Below, one piece after another: positions 27,668-37,200 of a DNA stretch of 64,000 nucleotides; position 1 is the stretch's first letter, and every line of letters starts with the position of its first letter. The position numbers and the translations under genes were made by a program. The notes beneath the pieces were generated by a model. The model was not told the DNA's origin, made no database searches, and saw only the letters and a program-made list of their open reading frames with translations. Location: positions 179,769 to 243,768 of the forward strand of contig JAJDTM010000030.1 of assembly GCA_022827185.1 (NCBI GenBank), given 5' to 3'. The DNA comes from Candidatus Poribacteria bacterium. GTDB taxonomy: Bacteria; Poribacteria; WGA-4E; WGA-3G.

Positions 27668-28234
27668 CTACTCAAAAAGTTGTGAGACCGGACAGGTAAA
27701 TCCCGGCACGACATCCTCGCCCGTGAGTGTGTCTTCATACGTAAGCAGTGCGATGTCTTTTTCGGAACGATAGATTGTCACCGTTTTGGAGCGGGGATTC
27801 AGAACCCAGACAAGGCGCGTTCCGGCGTTCAGATAGGCAAATGCTTTGTCTACAACACGCCACTGAACATCTGTCGGCGAAAGGACCTCAATTGCCAGAT
27901 CGGGCGGTATCAGGAAACCTGTGTTTTCGTCTCCATCCAACTGGGAAGTTGGCATAAACGCCACATCTGGCTTCAGCGCACGTTCACTGACCTGAAAAGT
28001 TGTCTCTACATGAACCTCCCCTAACTGATTCTCACGTACATACCAGTCCAAATGCCGGATAACGTTAACACTGACCTTGCTATGTATTCTTGTCGGTGGC
28101 GACATCGGCACTAATTCTCCTTTAACGTATTCATATCCGTCTACATCGTTCTCAAGAAATTCCGCCAATGTCATGGAGACTTGTTCCGGGGCGCGAGTGC
28201 CTTGTGCGACCTCATGGAGTTCTTGTTGTGTCAT
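27668..28234 (-). CDS. Uma2-family (DUF820) putative restriction-endonuclease-fold protein
   Basis: Family-typical segments (LAEFLENDVDGYEYVKGEL, PDVAFM, PDLAIEVLSPTD). Confidence 0.6.
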   Translation of the reverse strand: MTQQELHEVAQGTRAPEQVSMTLAEFLENDVDGYEYVKGELVPMSPPTRIHSKVSVNVIRHLDWYVRENQLGEVHVETTFQVSERALKPDVAFMPTSQLDGDENTGFLIPPDLAIEVLSPTDVQWRVVDKAFAYLNAGTRLVWVLNPRSKTVTIYRSEKDIALLTYEDTLTGEDVVPGFTCPVSQLFE

Positions 28235-28258
28235 GCTTTTGATTCCTCCTTTGATGTC

Positions 28259-30679
28259 TTATACCAAGCCGCCGCGTTTTCTTAGGAACCATTCAAATCC
28301 GAGGAGTGCGATGACGGCACCAAAGATGAGCGGTATATCCCAGATATCGACATCCGTAATTTTTGATGTTGCACTTTCGACGAGTGGGATCTGATTGACG
28401 AGTTGGGCTGCCTCTTCCATAGCATAGTACTTCCCACCGCTCCCTTCAGCGAGCGTTTTAAGAAGGGCGGCGTTAAGCTCAGCATTACTGAATTCGGCGT
28501 AAGATGCCTTCACTTCAAAAAGGGTCTGTTGTTCGCCGAGGTTTTCGCTACCCAGGGTGCCGGTTGCGGTGACAGTGTATTCGCCATATTGATTCGGGAT
28601 GAAACGCGCCGTGTAGAGTCCATCTTTACCGAGGACCTGTTCAAGTTTTAATTCTTTACGTTTTCCGGTTTCGTCAACGACGATGGCTCGGATTTTTGCG
28701 TTGTTCGTCAATTGGAATTGCTGGTCTGTAGCGGTAACTTCAATCACAACGGGTTCTTTCAATGCGTAAGCCGTCTTCGCTATATCGAGTTTAATATGTT
28801 CCTTGGGGGCGGTTGTTAGCCATCTGGCAACCTGTCGCCAAAACCGTTCGGGACTATCCGCTTGTTGCCAGGAGCGTTGATTCCCATTTTCATGGGAGGG
28901 TATCATCTGCCACCGCTGAGAAGTGTGTGGCGTAAATACCATGACGCGTCCTGCGTTGTAATTGTGTATTGCGATGAGGATCCGATTCCCGAATTCGTTT
29001 CGGTCAGTTGGATGTTCTGCCAAAACCAGTGCGCCTGCTTTCGCGCGTTTCACTTTGCTATAGCCTTTCAGTGTAGGCAAGATCTTCCAGCGTTCCATAT
29101 TTTCGGTGGGTGTGTCAGCCAACGCCATCAAGTTTTCAATTTTTCCGTCCGATGTCAGTTGCAATTTATAGTCTGTATTTTGGGTGGACCGTGAACCGAT
29201 AGCGGACCGAGTGCGCCGTCTCGGTGCTAACGGTGCGGGTGGGGATCCGAGTTCCAATTCTACGGGTAGGCACTGCGCAAGCGGCGTGTTGATATAAGCC
29301 CCAGTGAGTTCGTGGTTCCCCAAGGAGTTTGAACCGCCTAACATAAGTAATCCACCGCCGCGGGTGCGTACAAACTCAAGTGTATTTTCAAGTTGCGCGG
29401 ATGTAAATTGGGAGGCATCCACGTTGCCTAAGATGATAGCATCAAAATCAAAGAGCGTCTCTTTATCATCTGGATAAAAATCAAAATCGTGCGATGTTGT
29501 GGTGCGAGTGCCGAGATAATTTCTACTGCCATCATCTGAGAGTTTTGTCAAGATGCGGTCGGTTAATTGGATGTTCGGATCCTTTTTCAGCGTCCGTTTT
29601 ATGTACCCAAATTCAGCACGCGGTTTGCCATCAACGAACAGGATTTTCACACGTTTAGTAGGGGCGACCTTCAGCAAAAACGTTTTTGTGTTGTTTTGTG
29701 GTACTGCTTCCGGTTCTCCTAACTCGGCGTGTACCTCAAATTTTTGGGTGCCGGCTTGGCGAGGCGTGAATTTCAAGAGTACGCGTTTTGTTTTTACATC
29801 AAGGGCTGTGCCTGTTCCACCGATTTGGGGTATCCAAGAGGTTCCTTCATCCAAGTCAACAGCCTCACTTTTTAGGACCCGCACCTCGTTCCTTAATTGA
29901 AGGTTAACCTTTTTACCGTTAAATCCTTTCCGTTTGACAGTCGCCCATATTTCGACAGGGAAATCTTCTTCTGCTGTCCGGGGAACGTCCAATTTGACGA
30001 TTTCAAGGTCTGGATTGCCAGTTTCTGAGCCGACTCCGACAGTGTGAATAGGCAGTTTCTGTTCTCGAATTTGCATTGCGAATTTCGTAATGTCAGTGCC
30101 ACTTCTGTCCACCCCATCTGTCAAAACGACGGCACCGGAGAGAGGGATACCCTGCAAATCATCGAGTGCTTCATTTAACGCCTGTGGAATGTCCGTATTT
30201 TCGCCTTCTGCCCTCGTTAGTGCTTGGCTGGAGATGCGTTTTGCTGTAGTGTCAAACGCAAAGAGTCGTACTTTAAATTTGGCGTTCAATTTTTCAAGGA
30301 GACCTTCCTCTTCCGCAAAGAGCAGCTGATTGACGCGCTGTAACCGTGTCTCTGCATCGGGAGAATCTGTAATTTGCATGCTCTTGGACTGGTCAACCAT
30401 CACCAATAGATAGGAGTCATCTGGATTGGTTTGGTAAATCGTGAGAAACGGTTTAAGTAGGCAAAAGGCAAGCAGACAGAGCACGATTGTACGGAGGAAA
30501 ATGAGAAAACCGCGAAACCCGCGTTGAATACGTCCTTGTGTGCGCCGATATGCCCATATCGTAGCGGCAGCAAGTGCGACAAGCATGACGGCAATTAGAA
30601 GCCCTGGCAACGGCACCCCAAACGAGAAATCTCCTTCTCGAAAAACGTCAATGGGGTACCTCATTATTTTTTCAAACAT
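28259..30679 (-). CDS. large membrane protein with BatA-like N-terminal double transmembrane segment, vWA-like and glutamine-amidotransferase-like regions
   Basis: Two N-terminal transmembrane helices, an LLVMVDQSKSM vWA-like MIDAS start, and a VVLTDGVD segment. Appears MoxR-associated, but not adjacent. Confidence 0.4.
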   Translation of the reverse strand: MFEKIMRYPIDVFREGDFSFGVPLPGLLIAVMLVALAAATIWAYRRTQGRIQRGFRGFLIFLRTIVLCLLAFCLLKPFLTIYQTNPDDSYLLVMVDQSKSMQITDSPDAETRLQRVNQLLFAEEEGLLEKLNAKFKVRLFAFDTTAKRISSQALTRAEGENTDIPQALNEALDDLQGIPLSGAVVLTDGVDRSGTDITKFAMQIREQKLPIHTVGVGSETGNPDLEIVKLDVPRTAEEDFPVEIWATVKRKGFNGKKVNLQLRNEVRVLKSEAVDLDEGTSWIPQIGGTGTALDVKTKRVLLKFTPRQAGTQKFEVHAELGEPEAVPQNNTKTFLLKVAPTKRVKILFVDGKPRAEFGYIKRTLKKDPNIQLTDRILTKLSDDGSRNYLGTRTTTSHDFDFYPDDKETLFDFDAIILGNVDASQFTSAQLENTLEFVRTRGGGLLMLGGSNSLGNHELTGAYINTPLAQCLPVELELGSPPAPLAPRRRTRSAIGSRSTQNTDYKLQLTSDGKIENLMALADTPTENMERWKILPTLKGYSKVKRAKAGALVLAEHPTDRNEFGNRILIAIHNYNAGRVMVFTPHTSQRWQMIPSHENGNQRSWQQADSPERFWRQVARWLTTAPKEHIKLDIAKTAYALKEPVVIEVTATDQQFQLTNNAKIRAIVVDETGKRKELKLEQVLGKDGLYTARFIPNQYGEYTVTATGTLGSENLGEQQTLFEVKASYAEFSNAELNAALLKTLAEGSGGKYYAMEEAAQLVNQIPLVESATSKITDVDIWDIPLIFGAVIALLGFEWFLRKRGGLV

Positions 30680-30849
30680 TTTTTAATTTATCGACTCCTG
30701 GGCTGCGCTCCACTATGTTCCGCGCAGGTTTCCTGTTTTAATTCTTACTAAAGTTTGGACATCACTTGTCTCATAGGTGTTGTGTTTTCAAAGGAAGGTC
30801 TATTTTTCTATGAGTTTCACTTATAGGGAACCCTCTGAAAAATACAATA

Positions 30850-30929
30850 AGTTATCGGCACGCACAGGCTAACAGCCTATGCTACAGTAAGTTATCGGAA
30901 TGCACAGGCTAACAGCCTATGCTACTGCA
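30850..30929. repeat. tandem direct repeat (2 x 40 bp, taagttatcgg[c/a]a[c/t]gcacaggctaacagcctatgctac[a/t]g), each with an aggct-aac-agcct hairpin
   Basis: Read from the sequence. Located in the 5' region of the BatA-like gene. Confidence 0.65.
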
Positions 30930-31003
30930 AATTGTCCAAAGTATAGTATATTTAGTACAACAATTGAATGCCTTTACACAGTCGAAATTTTTTGGTTTCA
31001 GTA

Positions 31004-31771
31004 TCAATTAGGCATCGCGAGTTTTAACTGGGTACGAACGGCTTGACGCACCTCATCGCAGATATGCATAGCGTGCTGTGCATTGTCGGTTGTTGCTGAA
31101 TCGCCAGGATAACGCGGATCCACCGCATACGCAGTGATAATCTTAAAGGCAGGTTGCCAATCGGACCAAGCGGGTAATGTAGGCAGAATCAACATCAGCA
31201 ATTCTTCGAGGTTATGTGTTCTTGGAACAGGAATATTGGCTTCTTGCAGCCAGGCTTTGAGATACTTTTCAATACACTGTTGCGCGTGGAAGCAGATAGA
31301 GTCATACACGGGATCCGGGTCTTGCTGAAGCCACTGTGCTGTTCTATAATCGCCCTCAGCCTTTTGTATCCACTCTAAGGTCAAGGGGTTCATATTGTCT
31401 TTTTCTTCTTTGATGGATTTCGATGTGTTTTGCAAATTTTTGAGGTTGCTATAGGCTTTCGATCCGTGGAGCAACTCCCCTTTTTCAGTGATCTCACGGA
31501 GAAACCAGTCGTTATATGAAACACGATAGGCTATCACTTCCGGCGACCGGACTAACAGGTCCATACCGAAACGGTAAGGGATCCGTTGTCGTATCTCAAT
31601 CGCCTTACGCGTAAACTCTGATTTCGGAATATCCATCACGACGAGTAGATCTACATCCGATTCCTCCGTTGGGGTACCATACGCATAGGAGCCGAAGAGA
31701 ATAACTTGCAGCGGCGCGAACTCTCGCACGATATCGTCGCACGTAGCTTGGATCTCTTGTCGGGTAATCAT
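31004..31771 (-). CDS. fused minimal nucleotidyltransferase and HEPN domain protein (kanamycin-nucleotidyltransferase-like architecture)
   Basis: N-terminus LFGSYAYGTPTEESDVDLLVV (GS…D.D nucleotidyltransferase motif). C-terminus HAQQCIEKYLKAWL…PRTHNLEELL (HEPN-like helices with R…H). Confidence 0.6.
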   Translation of the reverse strand: MITRQEIQATCDDIVREFAPLQVILFGSYAYGTPTEESDVDLLVVMDIPKSEFTRKAIEIRQRIPYRFGMDLLVRSPEVIAYRVSYNDWFLREITEKGELLHGSKAYSNLKNLQNTSKSIKEEKDNMNPLTLEWIQKAEGDYRTAQWLQQDPDPVYDSICFHAQQCIEKYLKAWLQEANIPVPRTHNLEELLMLILPTLPAWSDWQPAFKIITAYAVDPRYPGDSATTDNAQHAMHICDEVRQAVRTQLKLAMPN

Positions 31772-31814
31772 ATACGTTTCCTTTACAATTCAAGTATAAC
31801 ATATTTCGTGAATG

Positions 31815-32798
31815 TTATGCAGAGAGTTTGAACCGTTGACCTGTGCTTGCGGATTCGTGTAACGCATCAATGGTTCGCATATTTCCGAGGGCATCCGCTA
31901 TCGGTAGACGGAGCGGGGTACCAGTTTCTACTGCTTGACAGAGATCCAAAATTTCAGCGGCGTAGGGATTCACGCCGGTAACGCTAAAGATTTCACCGTT
32001 TATAGTAAAGTGTGCCTCGCCTTCCGAGTTGCCCCACGCGCTCTGAACAAAGAGTGTGCCATCCGTGCCAGCGACTTCATAAGATTCGCGCCACGTCCAA
32101 CCGAAACTGCAGTCCAATTGCCCGGTAATGCCATCGCCAAAGTCTAAAGTTCCAATCAAGGTTTCCCAGACATTGTTAATCGGCTCAAATTTGCCTGTTG
32201 CCCAGACGGACTGTGGTTCTCGTCCAACGAGATAACGGATGATGTTGATGCAGTAGCAGCCTAAATCCATGACCGCGCCGCCACCGAGGTCGCCTCTCAA
32301 TCGCCAATTCTGACGATCTGTCAGTCCAGTCGAGAAAGAGGAACGTGCGTAGCGTACTTCCCCGATTGCGCCTTCCTCAATCTTCTGTTTCACGGCGAGT
32401 GTCAACGGGTGGTGACGATACATGAACGCTTCCATTAGTAAGACATCGGCGTTTTCTGTAACTTGAATCATCTGTTCCAACTGCGTGGTATTAACAGTGA
32501 TCGGCTTTTCAACAAGAATGCCTTTGACACCGCACCGCACCGCCTCCAGCACATTTTTGAGATGGCTTGAGGGCCACGTGGCGACTACCAAAATTTCTGG
32601 CACCTGTTTCTCCAACATCTGTCGGAGATCATTGTAAGTATTCTGAACGTTATATTCGGTAGCAAAACGCTTAAGCGATTCAAATTTCTCGTCGCACGCG
32701 CCCACAATCTCAATCTCTGGCAGGTTGCGCCACGCGTTGCCGTGTGCATTAGATATACCACCACATCCGACAATCGCTACTCGGTATTTTTTAGCCAT
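31815..32798 (-). CDS. Gfo/Idh/MocA family NAD(P)-dependent oxidoreductase
   Basis: N-terminal Rossmann IVGCGGISNAH and the EKP motif. Confidence 0.8.
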   Translation of the reverse strand: MAKKYRVAIVGCGGISNAHGNAWRNLPEIEIVGACDEKFESLKRFATEYNVQNTYNDLRQMLEKQVPEILVVATWPSSHLKNVLEAVRCGVKGILVEKPITVNTTQLEQMIQVTENADVLLMEAFMYRHHPLTLAVKQKIEEGAIGEVRYARSSFSTGLTDRQNWRLRGDLGGGAVMDLGCYCINIIRYLVGREPQSVWATGKFEPINNVWETLIGTLDFGDGITGQLDCSFGWTWRESYEVAGTDGTLFVQSAWGNSEGEAHFTINGEIFSVTGVNPYAAEILDLCQAVETGTPLRLPIADALGNMRTIDALHESASTGQRFKLSA

Positions 32799-32807
32799 GA
32801 TTTTTTG

Positions 32808-32903
32808 TTGGCTATCGGCTATTAGTTGTCGGCTTTCGGTCTTTCCTTCTGATTGCCGTTTGCTGATAGCTGACCGCCTTTCCTCCGAAAACTGATAACT
32901 ATT
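32808..32903. promoter_or_regulatory. cis-element family 2: TTGGCTATCGGCTATT box … AACTGATAACT, abutting the start codon of the 31815..32798 gene
   Basis: Shares its start box and end motif with 36456-36554. Confidence 0.45.
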
Positions 32904-32906
32904 ACA

Positions 32907-33878
32907 CTATAGGGAAGATATTTCTACCAATCGCTTCTCTTGCGCGGAGAGATTTGCCGCGAGTGATATTTCAAGTGTTTTGACGGCATCGCTGTAGGGA
33001 CTTAAAATCGGCGATGCGTCGCCGCTACGGACTGCCTTCACAAAGACTTCATCAATTGTCGGTCCCGGTTCTGTTTTATCTACCCATTCGCCATCTTCCT
33101 GTACCCTAACTCTTGATGGATTCCAATTCAAAAGTTCATCTTCATACAACAAATCCAGCACATTCGCGTTTGACCAGTCGCCCGCATAAGCCCAGGTAGC
33201 AGTCAACGAACCGACAGCACCGCTTGCAAATTGGAGCGAGACGCTATTGGCATCAGGGCAATCTGTCGCTTTAAGAAACCGGTTCGCTTGCATCGCATAA
33301 ACCGACTTCACTTCACCACCCATATAGCGCATCATGTCAACCGTATGTGTCGCTTGTTCGACAAGTTGACCGCCGGATTTGTTCATTTGGCGTAGCCATG
33401 CGTTTGGGTCGCCGTGTCCGGTGCTGCACCAGTACTTACCGACAATCATGTTAACTGTTCTTTCCTTCAAGATTTGCTGTGTGATCCGCGTCGAACCGAG
33501 ATAACGGAGTTGGTAACCGACACATGTTATCAGTCCTGCTTTTGTCACTGCTGCTTCAATTTCACGGGCGATATCAATGTTGATAGCGACAGGCTTCTCA
33601 ACGAGGAAGGGTAAACCGCGTGCAATAACATCGCGTTCTGGTTGCCCATGAACAAAAACGGGGAGGCTGAGATAGACAGCATCCAAGTCATCACGTTCAA
33701 GCATTTCTTGGTGTACCGTGTAAGGGTCCGCATTATGCTTCTCGGCTGCACTTTGGGCGCGTTCAGTTTGAACGTCACACACAGCAACAATTCTTGCTCC
33801 TTCAATGCCTGAGAGTTGGTTCATGTGTCCATTGGCATTACCACCACATCCGATAAATCCGATTTTAACTTCTTTCAT
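32907..33878 (-). CDS. Gfo/Idh/MocA family oxidoreductase
   Basis: IGFIGCGGNANGH Rossmann and the EKP motif. Confidence 0.8.
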   Translation of the reverse strand: MKEVKIGFIGCGGNANGHMNQLSGIEGARIVAVCDVQTERAQSAAEKHNADPYTVHQEMLERDDLDAVYLSLPVFVHGQPERDVIARGLPFLVEKPVAINIDIAREIEAAVTKAGLITCVGYQLRYLGSTRITQQILKERTVNMIVGKYWCSTGHGDPNAWLRQMNKSGGQLVEQATHTVDMMRYMGGEVKSVYAMQANRFLKATDCPDANSVSLQFASGAVGSLTATWAYAGDWSNANVLDLLYEDELLNWNPSRVRVQEDGEWVDKTEPGPTIDEVFVKAVRSGDASPILSPYSDAVKTLEISLAANLSAQEKRLVEISSL

Positions 33879-33907
33879 TTCTACCTCTTTGGTATTTTAT
33901 ACAGACA

Positions 33908-34049
33908 AGACTTACGCAAATTGAATCGGGAAATGGTATATTTTGCTGATTTAACCCCCTAAGTCCCGCTTATCAGGGGGACTTTAAGAGGATTTAACCC
34001 CCTAAATCCCCCTTATCAGGGGGACTTTAAGAGAAAATGCGTAAGTTCT
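33908..34049. mobile_element. MITE-like repeat, copy 2 (terminal inverted repeats agacttacgcaaattg / aatgcgtaagttct; two internal hairpin modules)
   Basis: Read from the sequence; about 142 bp. Confidence 0.6.
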
Positions 34050-34090
34050 AACAGATTTAGACAAAATTGTTGCCGCAAAGTCTGTCCAGT

Positions 34091-35305
34091 TTAACGCGCT
34101 TTGAAATTAACTTGTAGGGCTTTTTCGATGTCTTCGCGCGGGTGGACACCGAACTGTGCTTCAAAATCTCGGTCGAAAGCATCTTCTTCAGCAGGGTCGG
34201 GTTCAAGTGGAAGCTGGATGGGTTGTCGATTTGTGTGGATGGATCGGTGCGCAGCGATTACCATCTCCTGATCGGCTCTACCCATTTCTCCCGTCCAAAG
34301 TGGTTGTGTATCTTCTCGAACGGCGCGAGCGATGCCATCAAGCATCGTTGCCAACGAGATGCCTGTCTCTGAGATATTCGTGTATCGATAAGGATTTACC
34401 CATTCAACCGTCCCCCCTAACGATGCAGGCAATTCTACAAAAATACGGTGCAGTGTCTTGTCTTCGCTATATTCTCGCTGAAATTCGTAGGTTTGTGCTC
34501 TCCCAGCGTTTTCGGTGAGATCCGCGTCAGTGCAGACATTGACCGTTTCACCCCCCGTGGCACCTTGGTTTCCGTTGGTGATAATCGTGCCGCGCTCTCC
34601 ACACGTCTCGAAGCCGACGAGTTTATTTCGTCCGAGGCATCCATTCTTATTGCCTACCATGGCGATCCCGAGTCCGCCGCTATCGAAATCTATGGCGTAA
34701 AACTCAAGGTTTTCGCGATTAAAATCTCGCTTTGCCCGGTCAACGTAAGGGGTAACAGGCATCGTATGTCCGATACTGCTGACTGCTTTCGGGTTGGCAT
34801 CCATACGACACCGTATTGCAGCAAGTCCATGGTAGCCGGTTGTAGAGAAAAGTCGATGGCACTTATGAACGTTTCCGATGACACCTTCCTTGATGAGTTT
34901 ACAGACGAACTGTTCGACAGGAACAAACGGAAAGTTCTCCGATGTCTGGAGTTTCACACCATTTTCGGCAGCGTCGGCGATCATCATATCCATCAAACCG
35001 AGCGTTGGTGCGAGCCCGGTCTCGACGTTGTGCGAGATACCGCGCCGAGAAAGATAACAGGAAACAGTGTGATGCAGTGGTGCAGGCACGACGACATCAC
35101 AGACATCCGGTGAGATTTCGTCAACCATTTTCCTGACATCTGTATAGGCTTTAGTGCCGACTTTCGCTGCGCCCGCCTCTGCCGATTTCGGGTGTGCGTC
35201 ACATACAGCAACGATGTCAAAGGTATCCTTTAATGTCGCTGCTGTTGACAGATGCGCGGCACCGCGTCTGCCGTGACCGATTAACGCATATTTTAGACGT
35301 GACAT
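34091..35305 (-). CDS. Gfo/Idh/MocA family oxidoreductase (long form)
   Basis: YALIGHGRRG Rossmann N-terminus, 404 aa. Confidence 0.7.
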   Translation of the reverse strand: MSRLKYALIGHGRRGAAHLSTAATLKDTFDIVAVCDAHPKSAEAGAAKVGTKAYTDVRKMVDEISPDVCDVVVPAPLHHTVSCYLSRRGISHNVETGLAPTLGLMDMMIADAAENGVKLQTSENFPFVPVEQFVCKLIKEGVIGNVHKCHRLFSTTGYHGLAAIRCRMDANPKAVSSIGHTMPVTPYVDRAKRDFNRENLEFYAIDFDSGGLGIAMVGNKNGCLGRNKLVGFETCGERGTIITNGNQGATGGETVNVCTDADLTENAGRAQTYEFQREYSEDKTLHRIFVELPASLGGTVEWVNPYRYTNISETGISLATMLDGIARAVREDTQPLWTGEMGRADQEMVIAAHRSIHTNRQPIQLPLEPDPAEEDAFDRDFEAQFGVHPREDIEKALQVNFKAR

Positions 35306-35326
35306 TTCGTCCCTCCAACTCTATCA

Positions 35327-35499
35327 AGACTTACGTAAATTGAAGAAAGAAGGCGTATATTTTGAAAAAGGTTGTTATACCTTTAACCCCCTAAATCCCC
35401 CTTATCAGGGGGACTTTGATAACCCCCTAAATCCCCCTTATCAGTAACCCCCTAAATCCCCCTTATCAGGGGGACTTTAAGAAAAAATGCGTAAGTCCT
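35327..35499. mobile_element. MITE-like repeat, copy 3 (terminal inverted repeats agacttacgtaaattg / aatgcgtaagtccta; three internal modules, the middle one truncated)
   Basis: Read from the sequence; about 173 bp. The right repeat abuts the stop codon of the 35502 gene. Confidence 0.6.
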
Positions 35500-35501
35500 A
35501 T

Positions 35502-36449
35502 TTAGTGAACGCACTGATAACCGGTGGCTTCGAGTCTTTCTCGAATTTTGTCTACTTCGGCTGTTGACAGTTGACGGAGTGGTCGGCGCATGGTCATTGA
35601 CGGGAATCTTCCCATCAGCCAGCGTGCGCATTTCATCCGCTGATGGGCATCACTGCTCGGTTCACCGAAGTTGTAGACGATCCGTGCCAATGAATCCACT
35701 TGACTGCGCGCCTTACGTGCGCCAATAAGATCATCGTTGAGGGCGGCATGGACGACATCTACCATCAACTCTGGGACAAAGCCAGCAAATCCGATGAGTG
35801 CGCCATCGCTGCCTTCAAGGAGTGAAGCGAGTAGATACTCGTCATGGCAAGTTAAGATAGGGACATCCGGTGCTGCCGCTCTGAGTTGTTCGTAATCCCA
35901 TCGCCAGCGCGCCATGTCGCGGGTCCCCATTTTGATGCAGATAACTTGCGGGATCTTGACCATTTCCAACATCTCTTCAAGGCTATATCCTGCCTTCGTC
36001 CATGCGGGATATTGATGAACAATAATCGGTATGTCCGCGCCTTCGGCGACATCTTGGAAGTAACCGACTGCGGTTTCGGGTGTTCTGCCGAATCGCAACC
36101 AGTGATGTGCGGGCATTAATAGGATGGCATCCGCGCCGGCTTCCTTTGCGGCGAGTGCGTCGTCAATTGCCGGTAGGCTCCCTTCCGCGCTAACGCCTGA
36201 AACGACTTTAACGCGGTCGCCGACAGCTTCGGCGGTAATCCGCGTAACTTGCTGTCTTTCATGGAGACGAAGGGACATAATTTCGCCGGTGTGTCCATTA
36301 CAGACAACCCCTTTTATTCCAGGGACACCCGCGAGTTCTTGCATGTACTGACGCAATCCGGCTTCGTCAATTGATTCATCTTCGTGAAAGGGGCAGAGCG
36401 TCGCCGGGAATACACCCGCCCATGGATGATGCTGCCAATTCAGTTTCAT
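35502..36449 (-). CDS. dihydrodipicolinate synthase / N-acetylneuraminate lyase family aldolase
   Basis: GVFPATLCPF, VVCNGHTGE, KVVSGV and AGADAILLMP motifs. Confidence 0.75.
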   Translation of the reverse strand: MKLNWQHHPWAGVFPATLCPFHEDESIDEAGLRQYMQELAGVPGIKGVVCNGHTGEIMSLRLHERQQVTRITAEAVGDRVKVVSGVSAEGSLPAIDDALAAKEAGADAILLMPAHHWLRFGRTPETAVGYFQDVAEGADIPIIVHQYPAWTKAGYSLEEMLEMVKIPQVICIKMGTRDMARWRWDYEQLRAAAPDVPILTCHDEYLLASLLEGSDGALIGFAGFVPELMVDVVHAALNDDLIGARKARSQVDSLARIVYNFGEPSSDAHQRMKCARWLMGRFPSMTMRRPLRQLSTAEVDKIRERLEATGYQCVH

Positions 36450-36455
36450 ATTTTA

Positions 36456-36554
36456 TTGGCTATCGGCTATTGGCTATCAGCCGTCAGTAAAGAGAGGTTT
36501 AATTTAATCAATAATTTCTTACCGACAACTGATAACTGATAACTGACAACTATT
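36456..36554. promoter_or_regulatory. cis-element family 2 copy: TTGGCTATCGGCTATTGGCTATCAG … CAACTGATAACTGATAACTGACAACTATT (AGTTATC heptad array)
   Basis: The 21-mer aactgataactgataactgac is identical, in reverse complement, to 48786-48806. Confidence 0.5.
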
Positions 36555-36610
36555 CTCCTGACTGCTTTTACTCAAATTCCGCACGATTTTTTAATTTAAT
36601 TCTATTTTAA

Positions 36611-36640
36611 CTTGATTTTGCATGTAAAATCAAGTATTAT
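36611..36640 (+). promoter_or_regulatory. promoter TTGATT-17-TATTAT overlapped by a 24-bp near-perfect palindrome cttgattttgca|tgtaaaatcaag, upstream of ccmE
   Basis: Read directly. One mismatch in the 12-bp arms. Confidence 0.4.
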
Positions 36641-36741
36641 TTTAAGTAGAAGAATTCATCTTGTCGGTATGGATCGGCTTTATAATAGCAAGATTTGGCT
36701 TTCAAGTTGCGCCAAATAGTGCCTACGGGTTCGTATTAATG

Positions 36742-37200
36742 GAGGATGTGCCGGTGAAAAAACGGAGCAGACTAAAGATTGTGGCTGCGAGTGCCATTTT
36801 GCTGGGCGGTATGGCGTTTTTAGTGGTAGACATGACGAGAAGCACGAGTATGCGACATTTTACGCCAACTTTGCTTGCGGCAGCCGGAGATGAGGCACAC
36901 GATCAACGGGTCCAAGTTGATGGTCTCATCGCAGCGGGGAGTTCGCAATGGGATGCTGTTAATTTTAAACTCACCTTTGCTATCCGGGATCGCGAGACCG
37001 AGGCAACAGTTAATGTGATTTACGAAGATCGGCTTAAACCGGATAACTTTAAGGATGGCGGCAGTGTTTTCGTGGAAGGCAAATACGATGCGACACAGAA
37101 CCTTGTTGTTGCCACTAAACTCATGACGAAATGTGCCTCAAAATACGAAGGTGCAGACAGTGCCGTGCCTACAGATGAAACTTCATACACTTCGGAATAA
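36742..37200 (+). CDS. ccmE: cytochrome c maturation heme chaperone CcmE, Cys-xxx-Tyr variant
   Basis: Transmembrane anchor plus an OB domain aligning to E. coli CcmE. The heme-binding region LMTKCASKY replaces the canonical LAKHDENY (His to Cys). The ORF frame opens at 36661. Confidence 0.7.
   Translation, partial: EDVPVKKRSRLKIVAASAILLGGMAFLVVDMTRSTSMRHFTPTLLAAAGDEAHDQRVQVDGLIAAGSSQWDAVNFKLTFAIRDRETEATVNVIYEDRLKPDNFKDGGSVFVEGKYDATQNLVVATKLMTKCASKYEGADSAVPTDETSYTSE

Noticed and set aside
35385-35480. Possible CRISPR array suggested by three consecutive aaccccctaaatcccccttatcagggggactttaag units
   Set aside because: The units are directly abutting or separated by 0-6 nt, so there are no unique spacers. 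They lie inside terminal-inverted-repeat-bounded MITE copies, and no cas genes are present. This is an internal hairpin-module array of a MITE, not CRISPR.
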